From Callorhinchus milii (taxonomy: Eukaryota): a DNA stretch of 64,000 nucleotides. This document shows positions 25,821 through 36,878 of the stretch, in pieces (positions within the stretch are counted from its first letter, which is position 1; each line of letters starts with the position of its first letter). The stretch is from assembly GCF_018977255.1 (NCBI RefSeq), contig NW_024704743.1, forward strand, positions 109,866,001 to 109,930,000, given 5' to 3'. The position numbers and the translations under genes are program-made. The notes beneath the pieces were generated by a model. It saw only the letters and a list, made by a program, of their open reading frames with translations. It ran no database searches and had not been told where the DNA came from.

Positions 25821-26990
25821 TCTGAGGGGTTCGGACCTTCTTACATGTCCCATCTCCATCTCTCACTCTCACCTGTGAATCTGAAGATTTTGGGTATAAG
25901 CTGCATGTTAGGACTTTGACCTCACAGTCCAAACTGACACTTATTATCTCATTCACATAATATTAATTCCACATTTGTGCGGCCGGTGGGTGGTGGGGGG
26001 GGGGGGGAACTGATAGGATAATTTGCACAAAGCAAACAAAGCTCCAATCAGCACTCGCCCAGTTTATTCACATTTTAATCCCATTGAAACAATGTCCTTA
26101 TAATGAATGCATTGAAGGTCAAAGGTTATCTATTTAATTGGCTTCCTTTTCTTACTCAAACTTTCCGCCTCATTGAAAACTGAGCCGAAGTGAGCAATTG
26201 GGGATGTGCCTACTGTGAACGGTGAGCCACTGAGACTGGCACATGGGCATCTGTGACAATGCTTCTACATGGCTATGTCAGCCTGGTTCTCGCCTCAGAG
26301 CCAGCAGGTTGGGGATTTATGCCTCACTTAAGAAGACTTTGAGCTCCCACTGTCTGGGAGAGCCCTGCAATGTTGTAGATGCCGTCCTTTCCTTGTTTCT
26401 TTGCTGACTGCATTGCTATATATTCCATTGCATGCAAACTGAAAGCAAAAAAATAAAGATAATTGGCCAGCAGTCAGTCCCTTCAAAACGTCAGGGCCAT
26501 GTCTTGTCAAGCACTTCCCCAGAAAAATGTTTCTTCAGGTCATCAGGAATTACAGTCGATTTCAAGCTAAAAGGTGCCTCAGCTTCTGAACCAAACAACA
26601 TGAAGCGCACAGATCACTGCTTCCATCCTTTACAACACAAGGGTTACACTGGGCATTTTGCAGCCTCGATACTCGAGTTCATCAAATCACATCAACATCA
26701 AGCTCCAAAGGGAACAGAGACGGGTTTGCCCGAATCACAACTCAGTGCAATGTGCTGTACGAATTGAAGGGAAGAATCTGCTTTGCGGCCCAATGATATG
26801 ACCAAGTCTGCACAGACGGAGAGAGACGGTTTAATACTGAAGGAGGACACAATAGAAAGAACTGAATCCAGCAGCTAACACTAACTGCAAGTGGCAGAGG
26901 AACAAAACCAAAAGAGAGAATAAAAGCCTTGGACTATTAGAATGTTTCATCACAAAACGTCTCTAAGAGCTTTACACTATTTATCAGAGA

Positions 26991-27291
26991 ATAATAATAA
27001 TAATCCTTGCATTTGATACAGCACTTTTCACGTCTTCTTCGTCTCAAAGTGCTTCACAGAATATGCTGTAAAGTGAATTGACTGTATATTTGTGGGAGAA
27101 ACGCGGCACAACGTGTCCCACAAACAGTTGTGGATTGAAAATGACCAATTTATTATTGTTTTGCTTTTTGGAGGGATTATTATTAGGCGTGTGGCGTAAG
27201 GAAACTTGCCCAGGGTTTCGTCCTGCCTGAAATTGAACCCAGGTGTCCTGCTTGCAAGGCGAATGCTCTAACCTCTGAGCTACAGGACTCC
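26991..27291 (-). mobile_element. tRNA-derived SINE with L2-like tail
   Basis: A box tagctcagagg, B box ggttcaatttc and (TTA)n tail. Confidence 0.88.
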
Positions 27292-27731
27292 ACGGGGATC
27301 TAGAATAGGGGGTCTAGAGAGAAATTTTCTTTTGGTCGGCCATGTCTGACACATATGGAAGCCAAACACCCTGTTTTAAGATTATCCAAACCTGAAAGAG
27401 TTCTATGTATGCTCCCCTCCCCTAGCTCAGCTAACTTGGGCTAAACTCTGGAACTCCCTTTCTCAATGCTCTGTCTCGTTTACTCTTTAAGTCCTCAAAT
27501 CTTTGAACAAATTTAATAATATAAATAATACTTGCATTTGATATAGCGCCTTATCATGTCTTCAAAGTGCTTCACAGAATATACTGTAAAGTGAATTGAC
27601 TGTATATTTTGTGGGCGAAACGTGAAAATTTCAAAGAGTAGTAAATATCAGAGCCTAAGCATAGCTTCAGTATCTCCAATAAGGTCTCATATGCATGTGG
27701 CAGTACCCATGTGTAAATGCATATATACTTA

Positions 27732-28030
27732 GGTGTCAGCCTATCTTAGCTGATAGCATTCTCGCCTTTGAGTCAGAAGGCTGTGAGATCAAGCTCCATG
27801 TCGAGACTAAACTCAAAAGTCTAGATTAATACTGCAATGCAGTACTGAGAGTATGCTGCACTGTCAGAGGTGCCGTCCTTTGGATGGGACATTAAACCAA
27901 GATCCCATGTGCCTTTTTCAGGTGGACATTAAAGATCCAATGGCACTAGAAAAGAGAAAGGAGTTTCTTCCAGTGGCCTGGCCAATAATCCTCCAAATAC
28001 GTCGCTCATTTCTTGGCCGTTTACGGGATA
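27732..28030 (+). mobile_element. Deu-domain SINE (SacSINE1-like)
   Basis: tgtcagcc...ctcgcctttgagtcagaagg head and central attaaagatccaatggcact...cctggccaa resembling the Deu domain (family assignment from memory). Confidence 0.75.
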
Positions 28031-28249
28031 TTACCTGGGCCAAAAGAAAGGTGCGGCCTCACTTTTTCCATGGAATCCGCCTTAAACAACCATCCTCCGC
28101 TACAAACCCTGTATAAATGTCGTTTCTGGCCCGCGAGCCTGATTGCTGTTTACCTGATGTCACTGTGAGCAGGGTGGCTCCGGACGCGCTTGCGTGTTGC
28201 GGCACAAGCGACAAATGGGCTTCACTCAGAAGCCCCGCTGTTGTGATTA

Positions 28250-28500
28250 TCTGTGTGTGTGTGAGTCTGTGTCTCTTTCTATGTGTTTGTGAATGTCTGT
28301 GTGTCTGTGCATCTCTCTCTCTGTGTTTGTGAGTGTGTCTATTTGTCTCCCTCTCCTCTGTGTGTTTCTGTGCGAGTCTGTGTGTCTCTTTCTATGTGTT
28401 TGTGTGTGTCTCTGAGTGTGTGTCTCTGAATGTGCCTGTGTGTGTGTCTCTGAGTGTGCCTGTGTGTGCGTCTCTCGCTGGGTCTCTGTGTCTGTGTGCA
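28250..28500. repeat. Compound (TG)/(TC) microsatellite
   Basis: Continuous tgtg/tctc low-complexity tract. Confidence 0.9.
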
Positions 28501-28865
28501 GTGCAGGACCCTGAGAGACAGGAGGTGGTGAGCTCCTGTAGTCTCGCTGGTTTCCCTTTCCACCCCTCCCCCACCAAAAAAAAAGGGCCACCCAATTTTT
28601 GTTAAAGAAGCAATTAGTATTTTTTGCACCAATGTGTTAATTCCTCCTGTTTAGTTTTTATTAATTAGTGAAAAAATGTAGGTTGGCAGTAAAATGTACC
28701 TCAACAGCACCAACCAACCCCCGCAAAATTTTCAAACCTCCCTGCAATTTTGGGCAAATATTTCCACACTTTTCTATTGGGCCAGGATATTACTATGTGC
28801 AAATTGGCTGTTGCATCCCCCTACAAAACACAGAATCACTTCACTTTATAGTAAAATCCTGGGAA

Positions 28866-29090
28866 ACAACAACAAATTACATTTGTATAGCGCCTTTCAC
28901 ATCGGGAAGATGTCCCAAGGCACTGGACATGCAGGGATTTGGACCCAAGCTGGGCATTGGGTATCAGGAAAGGTGGAGGGCAACAAGGGTAGGGGTAGGA
29001 GGGTCACCAAAATGCGGTCAAAGAGGAGAGTCTTGAGACAGGTCTTGAAGGAAGAGGGCAAGGCCAAGGGACTGAGGGATGGAGTTCGAA
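28866..29090 (-). mobile_element. L2 3' fragment
   Basis: L2 tail plus FKTCLKTLLFDR. Confidence 0.8.
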
Positions 29091-29992
29091 AGGATTTGTT
29101 AATACAAAACGCTTTGTTCATTAGGCTACATAGCCACAAGGTCATAAATTAGCAAAGACAGCAAGACTACACATTACCAAGGCCAAACTCCAAGCATCTT
29201 CCCACAAAGGCTAGGAATCTTACAAGGGGGTCAAAGATAAGTGGTGGTGTATCCTGTATCAGTGTGTATCAGTGTGGGAACTGAGAAGATAGATCGATTG
29301 AGGGATTAGACCATTGATCTATGGCTCGTCCTCAAGGTCCCGCTGCAGGAGAGGCAGACTCAGTTAGTCTCTGGCAGAGGAATAACTGCTGAGCAATACA
29401 GCAATAAGAACAAAAAAATGAGTAATAACAGTAAACAATATTCTCAGCTAGGTTTCATCCAAAGGACAGCACCTCAAACAATAAACTGAACTGTCTGCCA
29501 AGACCGTGAGCTCAAATTCCCAGAGCCAACCTTCCTGGTCAGAGTGCTATCGACTGAGCTAAACTGAAAGAGTTGTAAGGAGTAAATAAAGTGTGTAAGA
29601 AAACTAACAACAACAAATTACATTTGTATCACGCCTTTCTTATGTGGGGTCACAGAGTCTGGTGTAGGAGAGGACACAAGCTACAGAGTTCTGAATGATA
29701 TGCAGCTTGTGGAGGGAAGAAGGTCAACAAGCAGGGAATTGGCGTAGTCGAGCCTAGATGTGATATATACATGGATTAGGGTTTCGCAGCCTGAGGGGTG
29801 AGGCAGTGGCACAGCCAGGCGATGTTGTGGAGGTGGGGGAAGATGGAGTGGGTCATTCCACGGATGTGGGCTAGACACAGCATCCTGAACTGGAGGTGTT
29901 GCAAGTTGCTAGGATGTAGGTGAAGTTTGCTGTACAACGTTATGTGGGCTCATTTCATCCTTCACGAATACCTCCTCTACCTTATTTCCATC

Positions 29993-31185
29993 ACAACAAC
30001 AACAACAACAAGATTCCATTTATAAAGCGCCTTTCACGTCAGGAGGACGTCCCAAGGCGCTGCACAGTTGGGTCATGACCCGAGCAGGGGGGAAATGGTC
30101 AGGTGAGGGAGGGAAGGGAGGGAGCAAGGAGGGGGAAATGGTCAGGGTGAGGGGAGGGAAGGGAGGGAGCGAGGAGGGGGTAGAGAGTCGAGAGGGGAGC
30201 TGAAGGCTCGGTCAAAGAGAAAGGTTTTGAGACCGGCCTTGAAGGAGGAAAGGGAGGAGGCGGCGAAGGCACTGGGGATGGAGTTCCAGAGCCTCGGGGC
30301 TGAGAGGCTGAAGGCCCGACCACCGATGGTAGGGCGGTTGGGGCGGGGGACGTGGAGCAGACCGGAGCCAGAGGAACGGAGGGTACGGGCAGGTAGGTAG
30401 GGGGATAGTAGGTTGGAGAGGTAGGAGGGAGCAAGGCCGTGAATGGCCTTGTAGGTGAGGATGAGGATCTTGAAATCAATCCTCTGGGGGATGGGGAGCC
30501 AGTGGAGGCGAGCGAGGGTGGGAGTGATGTGGTCCCGAAGCCTGGTGCGGGACAGTACACGAGCTGCAGAGTTCTGAATGACCTGCAGCTTGTGGAGGGA
30601 GGTGGCGGGAAGGCCGGCGAGGAGAGAGTTCCCATAGTCCAGCCTTGAGGTGACAAAGGCGTGAACCAGGGTTTCAGCAGCGTGAGGGGTGAGGTAATGG
30701 CGTAGTCTGGCGATGTTCCGGAGGTGATGGAAGGCGGTGCCAGTTGTGGTGCGGATGTGAGGGAGAAAGGACAGCTCAGGGTCGAACAAAACGCCGAGGT
30801 TCCTGACTGGCTTTGAGAGGTGGAGAGTGCAGCCTTGGATGCTGATGGTGTCAGCGCCTGAGGTGCGGAGGCGCTGACGTGAGCCAATCAGGAGGGCCTC
30901 GGTTTTTCGCACGTTGAGCTGAAGAAAGTTGTCTCTCGTCCAGGACTCGATGTCGGACAGGCAGGCTGTCAGGACATCGGGGGTCGTGGAGTTGAGAGTA
31001 GAGGAGGAAAGGTAGAGTTGGGTGTCATCCGCATACATGTGGAAGTTAACTCCATGTCTGCGGATGATGTCACCGAGGGGGAGCATATAGAGGGTGAAGA
31101 GGAGGGGACCGAGGACAGAGCCCTGAGGGACACCACATGAGACAGTACGGGGGGTGGAGGAGAAGCCATTCGTCGAGACAAAGTG
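29993..31185 (-). mobile_element. Young 5'-truncated L2 LINE with open RT C-terminal frame
   Basis: Uninterrupted frame [13 protein letters not shown]...MYADDTQLY...SRLDYGN...LHWLPI...[10 protein letters not shown] to the stop at 30142, then a 3' stem-loop and (TTG)n tail. Confidence 0.95.
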
Positions 31186-32063
31186 AACAGTATTGAGTTG
31201 CTTTTTTAAACAAGTCCCAGAATCCTGGCCTCAATCCCCCTAACTGGTAATTCCATTCCAGCCATGAATTAAACTCTGACTAAGAAATAGTCCCTGATGT
31301 GTGCCCTAAAATCACCACTTGCAACCCTAAACCTGTGTCCTCTTGTTCAGCTGTCCTGGTGCAACCTATTCTAGGTTTGCATTCTCAGATCAAATTGGTC
31401 ATTCACTTAACAGAGGTTCGTGGGTCATTGCTGTTGCAAACTGGCCACATCAATCACCTATGAAATACAGTCACTGTACATTAACAATATATAATCTTAT
31501 AAAGCATGTCGAGACATCCTCCTGAGGTTATATCAAAGGCAAGGATTGTTATTATTGGCCCTCAACCCGCCTCGTCATTCATTCTAGGATACAGAGTGAA
31601 GTGTGTCATCTCATTAGCTTCTTGAAAATAAATCGACTCGGGTACAATGGTTGTAGCCAGCTACCCCCCGCCTACCGGGCATTAACTCCTCATAGACAGT
31701 GTTTCTTCCCCTACCACCTCCCAGTTAAGCAAGTCTGCCAAGTTTCAAGCACAGTCAATAAATACTAATGCAGAATGTCACTGCTGCTCTTTCAAGTCGC
31801 ACTTTACTACAGTAAAAGCACGTACCTATACTTCAGGTAATTTGTAATGAAAAGGGCATCAATTGTACTGCATTGTGCCTGCAACTCTCAGAGATCGAAT
31901 GCCTTCAGGCGAGTCAGACTCTGTGGTCGGTGGAAGGGGGGGGGAGAATAACCAAATGGACCCTTCATCATAATATTCTACAACAAAAGTACCCATTGAT
32001 GGCAGCAAATTGGTTTCACTGCAATGGACAGTCTTATCCTTTCCAGTTGAATGGGTACATTAA

Positions 32064-32570
32064 AATAATTCTTGCATTTGGTACAGTGTCTATAATGTCG
32101 AGAGCAACCTCAAAGCACTTCACAGTAATTACTATTACTTTTAGAGACTATTTGTAAGTGAATGCGGCAGCCAGTTTCACACAGCAATGTCCCACAAACA
32201 GCCTAAAGTTAATAGCTAGTTTTATCTGGTGGATTGTTAGCCAGGACACGGGAGAAACTCCTATCTCTCTTCAAACAGCGTGATGGGATTTTTATAACAT
32301 CCATCTGAACAGGTAGACAGGACAACAACAACAACAACTTGTATTTATACAGCACCCTTCACATCAGGTAGCGACCCGGAGTGCTCAGCAGTGACGGGAG
32401 TTTGATCCCGAGGACCTCAGTTTAACGTTTCAACTGAAGGACGGCACCTCCAATCAAACACCCATTCCCCCGGCACTAGAACGGAATGTCAGCCTGGACA
32501 GCGAGTTCAAGATCCCCACATGGAAGCTGGAATCTGAAACCTTCTGACTCAAGAGTGCTATTCAAGAATG
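32064..32570 (-). mobile_element. Deu-domain SINE with small L2-tail insert
   Basis: SINE tail, core and head on the minus strand; (CAA)n L2 tail at about 32322-32410. Confidence 0.7.
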
Positions 32571-33261
32571 AACAAGACAAACAACCATTTAAATAAAAGT
32601 ATGGCTTCTTCCCAAGCAGAAAATTTCTGTTTCTAATGAATAAATATCTTAAATGAATGAGCCGGTGAACATCTATGACAGGAGGATGGTGGAAGTCCAG
32701 GATTGAGAAGATGAAAGAGGCAACTGAACCTATTTTCTGCCATATTTTTAAAAGGAAAGTTGATGAAAATTTTAAAAATTTGTTTCCCTCCCCTTACGAC
32801 AAGACACACAGTTCGAATGAGTTCCTTAGAAAAAGGCTCTTCTAATACAATCTGTAGCTGAGAGAATTGGTTTCCTTTATGATGCGGACGATGAGATACT
32901 GTGATATGCACAGTGCTCACAAATTACACCGACATTGATTCTCCGACCAGTCGTGGAGATACAAAACTTAACAATGAAGAATCCATCCCACAGCAATTTG
33001 TAAACACTGTGTGAATCAAACTGAATCTAATCAGGTTCATACAAACACCTTCAATTTTACTCCCACTGATTTCCCATCCTTCTTTCATTTCAGCACGAAA
33101 CAAAAGCACAAACAAGGATGATACCTGCTGGAGGAAATTGCTCCATTGCAGATCTGCATTAATTTAGGCTATGAACATTACTGGCCTTAAAGGGCTTCCA
33201 GTGACGATTCACTGGAAGAATTCCTGGGATGACTATCCTCCTTGAGGGGAGGGAGGGGGGG

Positions 33262-33598
33262 TAACCCTGTAAGCCAAAGCATTAATGGGTATGGTGGTCC
33301 CAGCTGGGCAAGCAGTGGGAAAGCTTGCCGGACATCAATATCAATGGCAAGCTGTGCGGTTTTAGCTGGTTAGAATCCAGCAGTACCCCAACACACACCT
33401 TGGAGTCCCCAAGCCTTGGCTCTTGCCAACCTGCGTCCCTCCAGGGAGAGGGTGCGCATTTCATACCAAAATTCTATCTCTGGATTTCCATGTGTAGGTG
33501 GAATGCATGGAAATTGTTGATAGCCTTGGTTTTCGATACTCTTGAGCATGGTGATGGATTTCCGCAAGTGTCAGACAACCGGCTGACCCCCCCAAAAA
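33262..33598 (-). repeat. Unclassified interspersed repeat copy
   Basis: Reverse-complement similarity to 2735-3080. Confidence 0.78.
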
Positions 33599-34020
33599 GG
33601 CAGGACTTAGCTAAATAAATATAAGCTATGTTTCTTAGAGCTGAAGAGATTAAGGTCCTCCCGATGTGAAAGGTTCTATACAAATGTAATCTTGTTGTTG
33701 TTGTAGTAAAGTGTTGATTTGATTGAAGTGTTTAAAAGTAATGAGGGGAGTTCACAAACTAGGCAGTGGATGGCTCTACCCTCTCGTTGAGGGAGAGATC
33801 TGAAATATGGCACCATTATTAGAGCGCGAGAGGTAAAACCAGAAAATATTTCTTCACCGAGAGAGCTTTCCAATTCTAGCCCCTAAACTCTGAACTCCCT
33901 CCCTCTACTCTTCCATCTAACCCTCTCTATCCGTCTTTGTTCTGCCTCAAAATCTACCTCTTCAACCGTGCCCTCCCCCCCCCCCGCCCCCACTTCCCTG
34001 CTAAGTGTCATTCTATTCGT

Positions 34021-34368
34021 GGAGTCCAGTGGCTAGAGCACTCGCCTTACAAGCAAGAGACCTGGGTTCAATTCCAGCAGGGCAAAACGCCGGGCAAGTT
34101 TTCTTACTCCACACTCCTCTGTTTACCCAGCAGTAAGGAATAACCCGGTTGTTAGTCGATCAGTGGATCACTTTTTCAGGGATAATGAATCCTTCAAAAA
34201 AAAGTGGTCACTCAATCCACGTCTGTTTGTGTGACACTGCTGTGCACAATTGGCCTTGTATTGCTCACAAAACATAGTCAATTCACTTTACAGTATATTC
34301 TGTGAAGCGCTTTGAGACGTCTCAAAGACATGATAAGGCGCTATATCAAAATACAAGGATCATTATTC
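34021..34368 (+). mobile_element. tRNA-derived SINE
   Basis: ggagtc...agtggctagagc...ggttcaattcc head and shared tail. Confidence 0.85.
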
Positions 34369-34854
34369 TCCACTGTAAAGCACTCTGAGACGTCGTGCCA
34401 ATACAAGTTGTTGTGAGAATGTGAAAACTCTGCCCCAGAGAGGCATATAAGCAGCATCAATTGAGATTTTAAAAGGGAGATAGGTGGTACTTGGGAAGTA
34501 AGGGTATTGAAGAGAAAAGGAAAAGTTCTGTTATAATACAATAAAGTACCAGAGTAGGCTCAGCGGGCAATGAATGGCTGCCGTACCCCAACACACACCT
34601 TGGAGTCCCCAAGCCTAATTACTGGTGCTTTTGCCAATATTGGATAAAGATGACAGACAGTTTTAGTTACTGTAACATTAGAGGGGGAGGGGGTCCAACA
34701 GAGGCAGTATAAGCAGGGTAATGAGAATGACTTTTTTTTGGTGAATCACATGCACACTAAAACCCACTGCCATTCTGAACAACAATTAAATGGGGGCGGA
34801 GGGGGATTAGTGTGCGCAAATTGACTGCCACATTTGCCTACAAATACAAGGTCA

Positions 34855-35168
34855 CTACACTCCGTTCATCGGGCTCTGGCCTGCTCCATGTCTCCCGCCC
34901 AACCATCGGTGGCCGGGCTTTCAGCCTCTCTGCCCCGCACTCTGGAACTCCAACCCACGGTCCCTTCACCTCGCTTCCTCCCTTGCCTCCTTCAAGGCCG
35001 ATCTCAAGACCCTTCTCTTCGACCGTGCTTTTGGTCTCCCTCCCACCTCTCTGCCTTCCCTCACCCCTACACCACCCATCCCCTATGCTCGGGCCCCGAC
35101 ACCTGACTGTTCAGCGCTTTGGGTTGTCCTCCCGACGTGAAAAGAGCTTAAAAATGTAATTTTGTTGT
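34855..35168 (+). mobile_element. L2 3' fragment
   Basis: [11 protein letters not shown]...[12 protein letters not shown] and a (TTG)n tail. Confidence 0.85.
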
Positions 35169-36060
35169 TCATAATAAAAATCTGGCACAGCATGGTAAGG
35201 GACTATATGAAATACAAGGATTAATCATTATTTTATTAAGAGTATCCTGACCAGACATGCTCCACCTCGGCACTGGAAACTTTGCAATGGCTAATCCCCA
35301 GTGTAAGCAGGATGATATATTAGGTACAACTAGAGAATCAGAATTTCTTGCAGCCTTACTTTTAAGGCTATGGTTTAAAGCTTGGATTCCTACCAGCTGC
35401 AAGAATAATTGGAGGGTAGAAACTCACACTATGTTTAGAAACAACACAGTATATTGAATAAGATAACAGGCAACAATTTTCCATTTCAGAAGACTCCAAG
35501 TTATTTCCCTTAAGGCACCTCTGAGCTTCAGGAGGAAGAGATTGGAAAGATCGCCTGAATCAAAGGGATACATTGTCATACATACTGTCTAGCAACATCA
35601 CTACATTTTTCTTATGATCTGCACTCAGTGCTAGTACAACACAGGCAGCCGCTCTCTGAAAATTACATTACCCGAGTCGTCAATCTGGTTGTCGGTCTTC
35701 GTGCTGCCCCGGCCCAATGATGCCGATGAAACGCTTTGCGACGGAAAACAAAGGCGAAGGCATCAGTCTAACAGGGTTTTCTACAGTGGTGCACTTGTTT
35801 AAATAATAATAAATAATAATCCTTGCATTTGATATAGCGCCTTATCATGTTTTCAGGATGTCTCAAAGCGCTTCACAGAATATACTGTAAAGTGAACTGA
35901 CTGTATATTTTGTGGGCAAAATAAATATTTTACTCTCTCTGATGTACTTTACCCAGCAGTGCAGCACTCCCCTCACCGCCCAACTCTGAATCTGAGCGTT
36001 AGCTTAGAATGTGAACCCCAAATCCCATGTGAGATTTGAACATGTAACCTTCCAACTCTT

Positions 36061-36360
36061 TAATAATAATAATAATCCTTGCATTTAATATAGCGCTTTT
36101 CACATCGGGAGGACGTCCCGAAGCGCTTCACAGAACACACTGTAAAGTGAATTGACTGTATATTTGTGGGCGAACGCGGCAACCAATTGCGCACAGCAAT
36201 GTCCCACAAACAGTCGTAGATTGAAAATGACCAATTTATTATTGTTTTTGTTTTTTGGAGAGATTATTATTAGGCGTGTGGAGTAAGGAAACTTGCCCAA
36301 GGTTTCGCCCTCTGCCTGGAATTGAAAGCGAGTGCTCTAACCACTGAGCTACAGGACTCC
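36061..36360 (-). mobile_element. tRNA-derived SINE with L2-like 3' tail
   Basis: Head ggagtcctgtagctcagtggttagagc (Pol III A box) and tail ...aagcgctatattaaatgcaagga(tta)n. Confidence 0.88.
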
Positions 36361-36756
36361 AAGAGCATTGTGCTAGGAGTGTCAGTTATAAGTATGTTTA
36401 TCCTGAGTATATTTTGCTCCATGCGCACACATGCGGTTTACTCCTCCCTTCCCACACAGACACACACAACTGAGACACACAGAGGCCAACTGCATTAAAG
36501 CATGTATACAGAGGAATTACAGATACCTTTAGAATTATGAAATCACCCAAAGAAAAGGATTAATTGTGTAATAAATGCTTTTCACTATCGGCACCTTTAA
36601 GTCCTCTGTATACACAGCACATAATAGTATCTAAGACCCAAGAAAAGGGAATACCCTAAAAAGGAGTTCCACCTTACAAACAAGTCTCACCTAAACAGAA
36701 ATCAGAATGTAAAGAGAAGGCAGAAGGCGATATCCCTAAAAGATTCAATGTCATTG

Positions 36757-36878
36757 TTTCAGTTCTGACGAAAGGTCATCGACTGAAACGTTAACTCACT
36801 TTCCTATATCCATAGATGCTGCCTGATCTGCTAAGTGTTCCCAGTGATTTTCAACATCCGCAGTATTTTCCCTTTTGT
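36757..36878 (+). mobile_element. Solo Penelope-like terminal fragment with hammerhead-like core
   Basis: Similar to 49172-49270: agttctgacgaaaggtcatcgactgaaacgttaactcactttcc...atagatgctgcctgatctgct. Confidence 0.75.

Noticed and set aside
28117..28632. Cys/Val-rich and His/Thr-rich ORFs
   Set aside because: Translations of the TG/TC microsatellite.
30142..31086. 314-aa ORF (and 224/222-aa ORFs at 12815 and 25084) as host genes
   Set aside because: They are L2 ORF2 C-terminal fragments of 5'-truncated insertions; the overlapping Pro/Ser-rich ORFs are alternative frames.
32633..33115. Unique-looking ORFs as exons of an extra gene
   Set aside because: No recognisable protein similarity and no coherent splice pattern.
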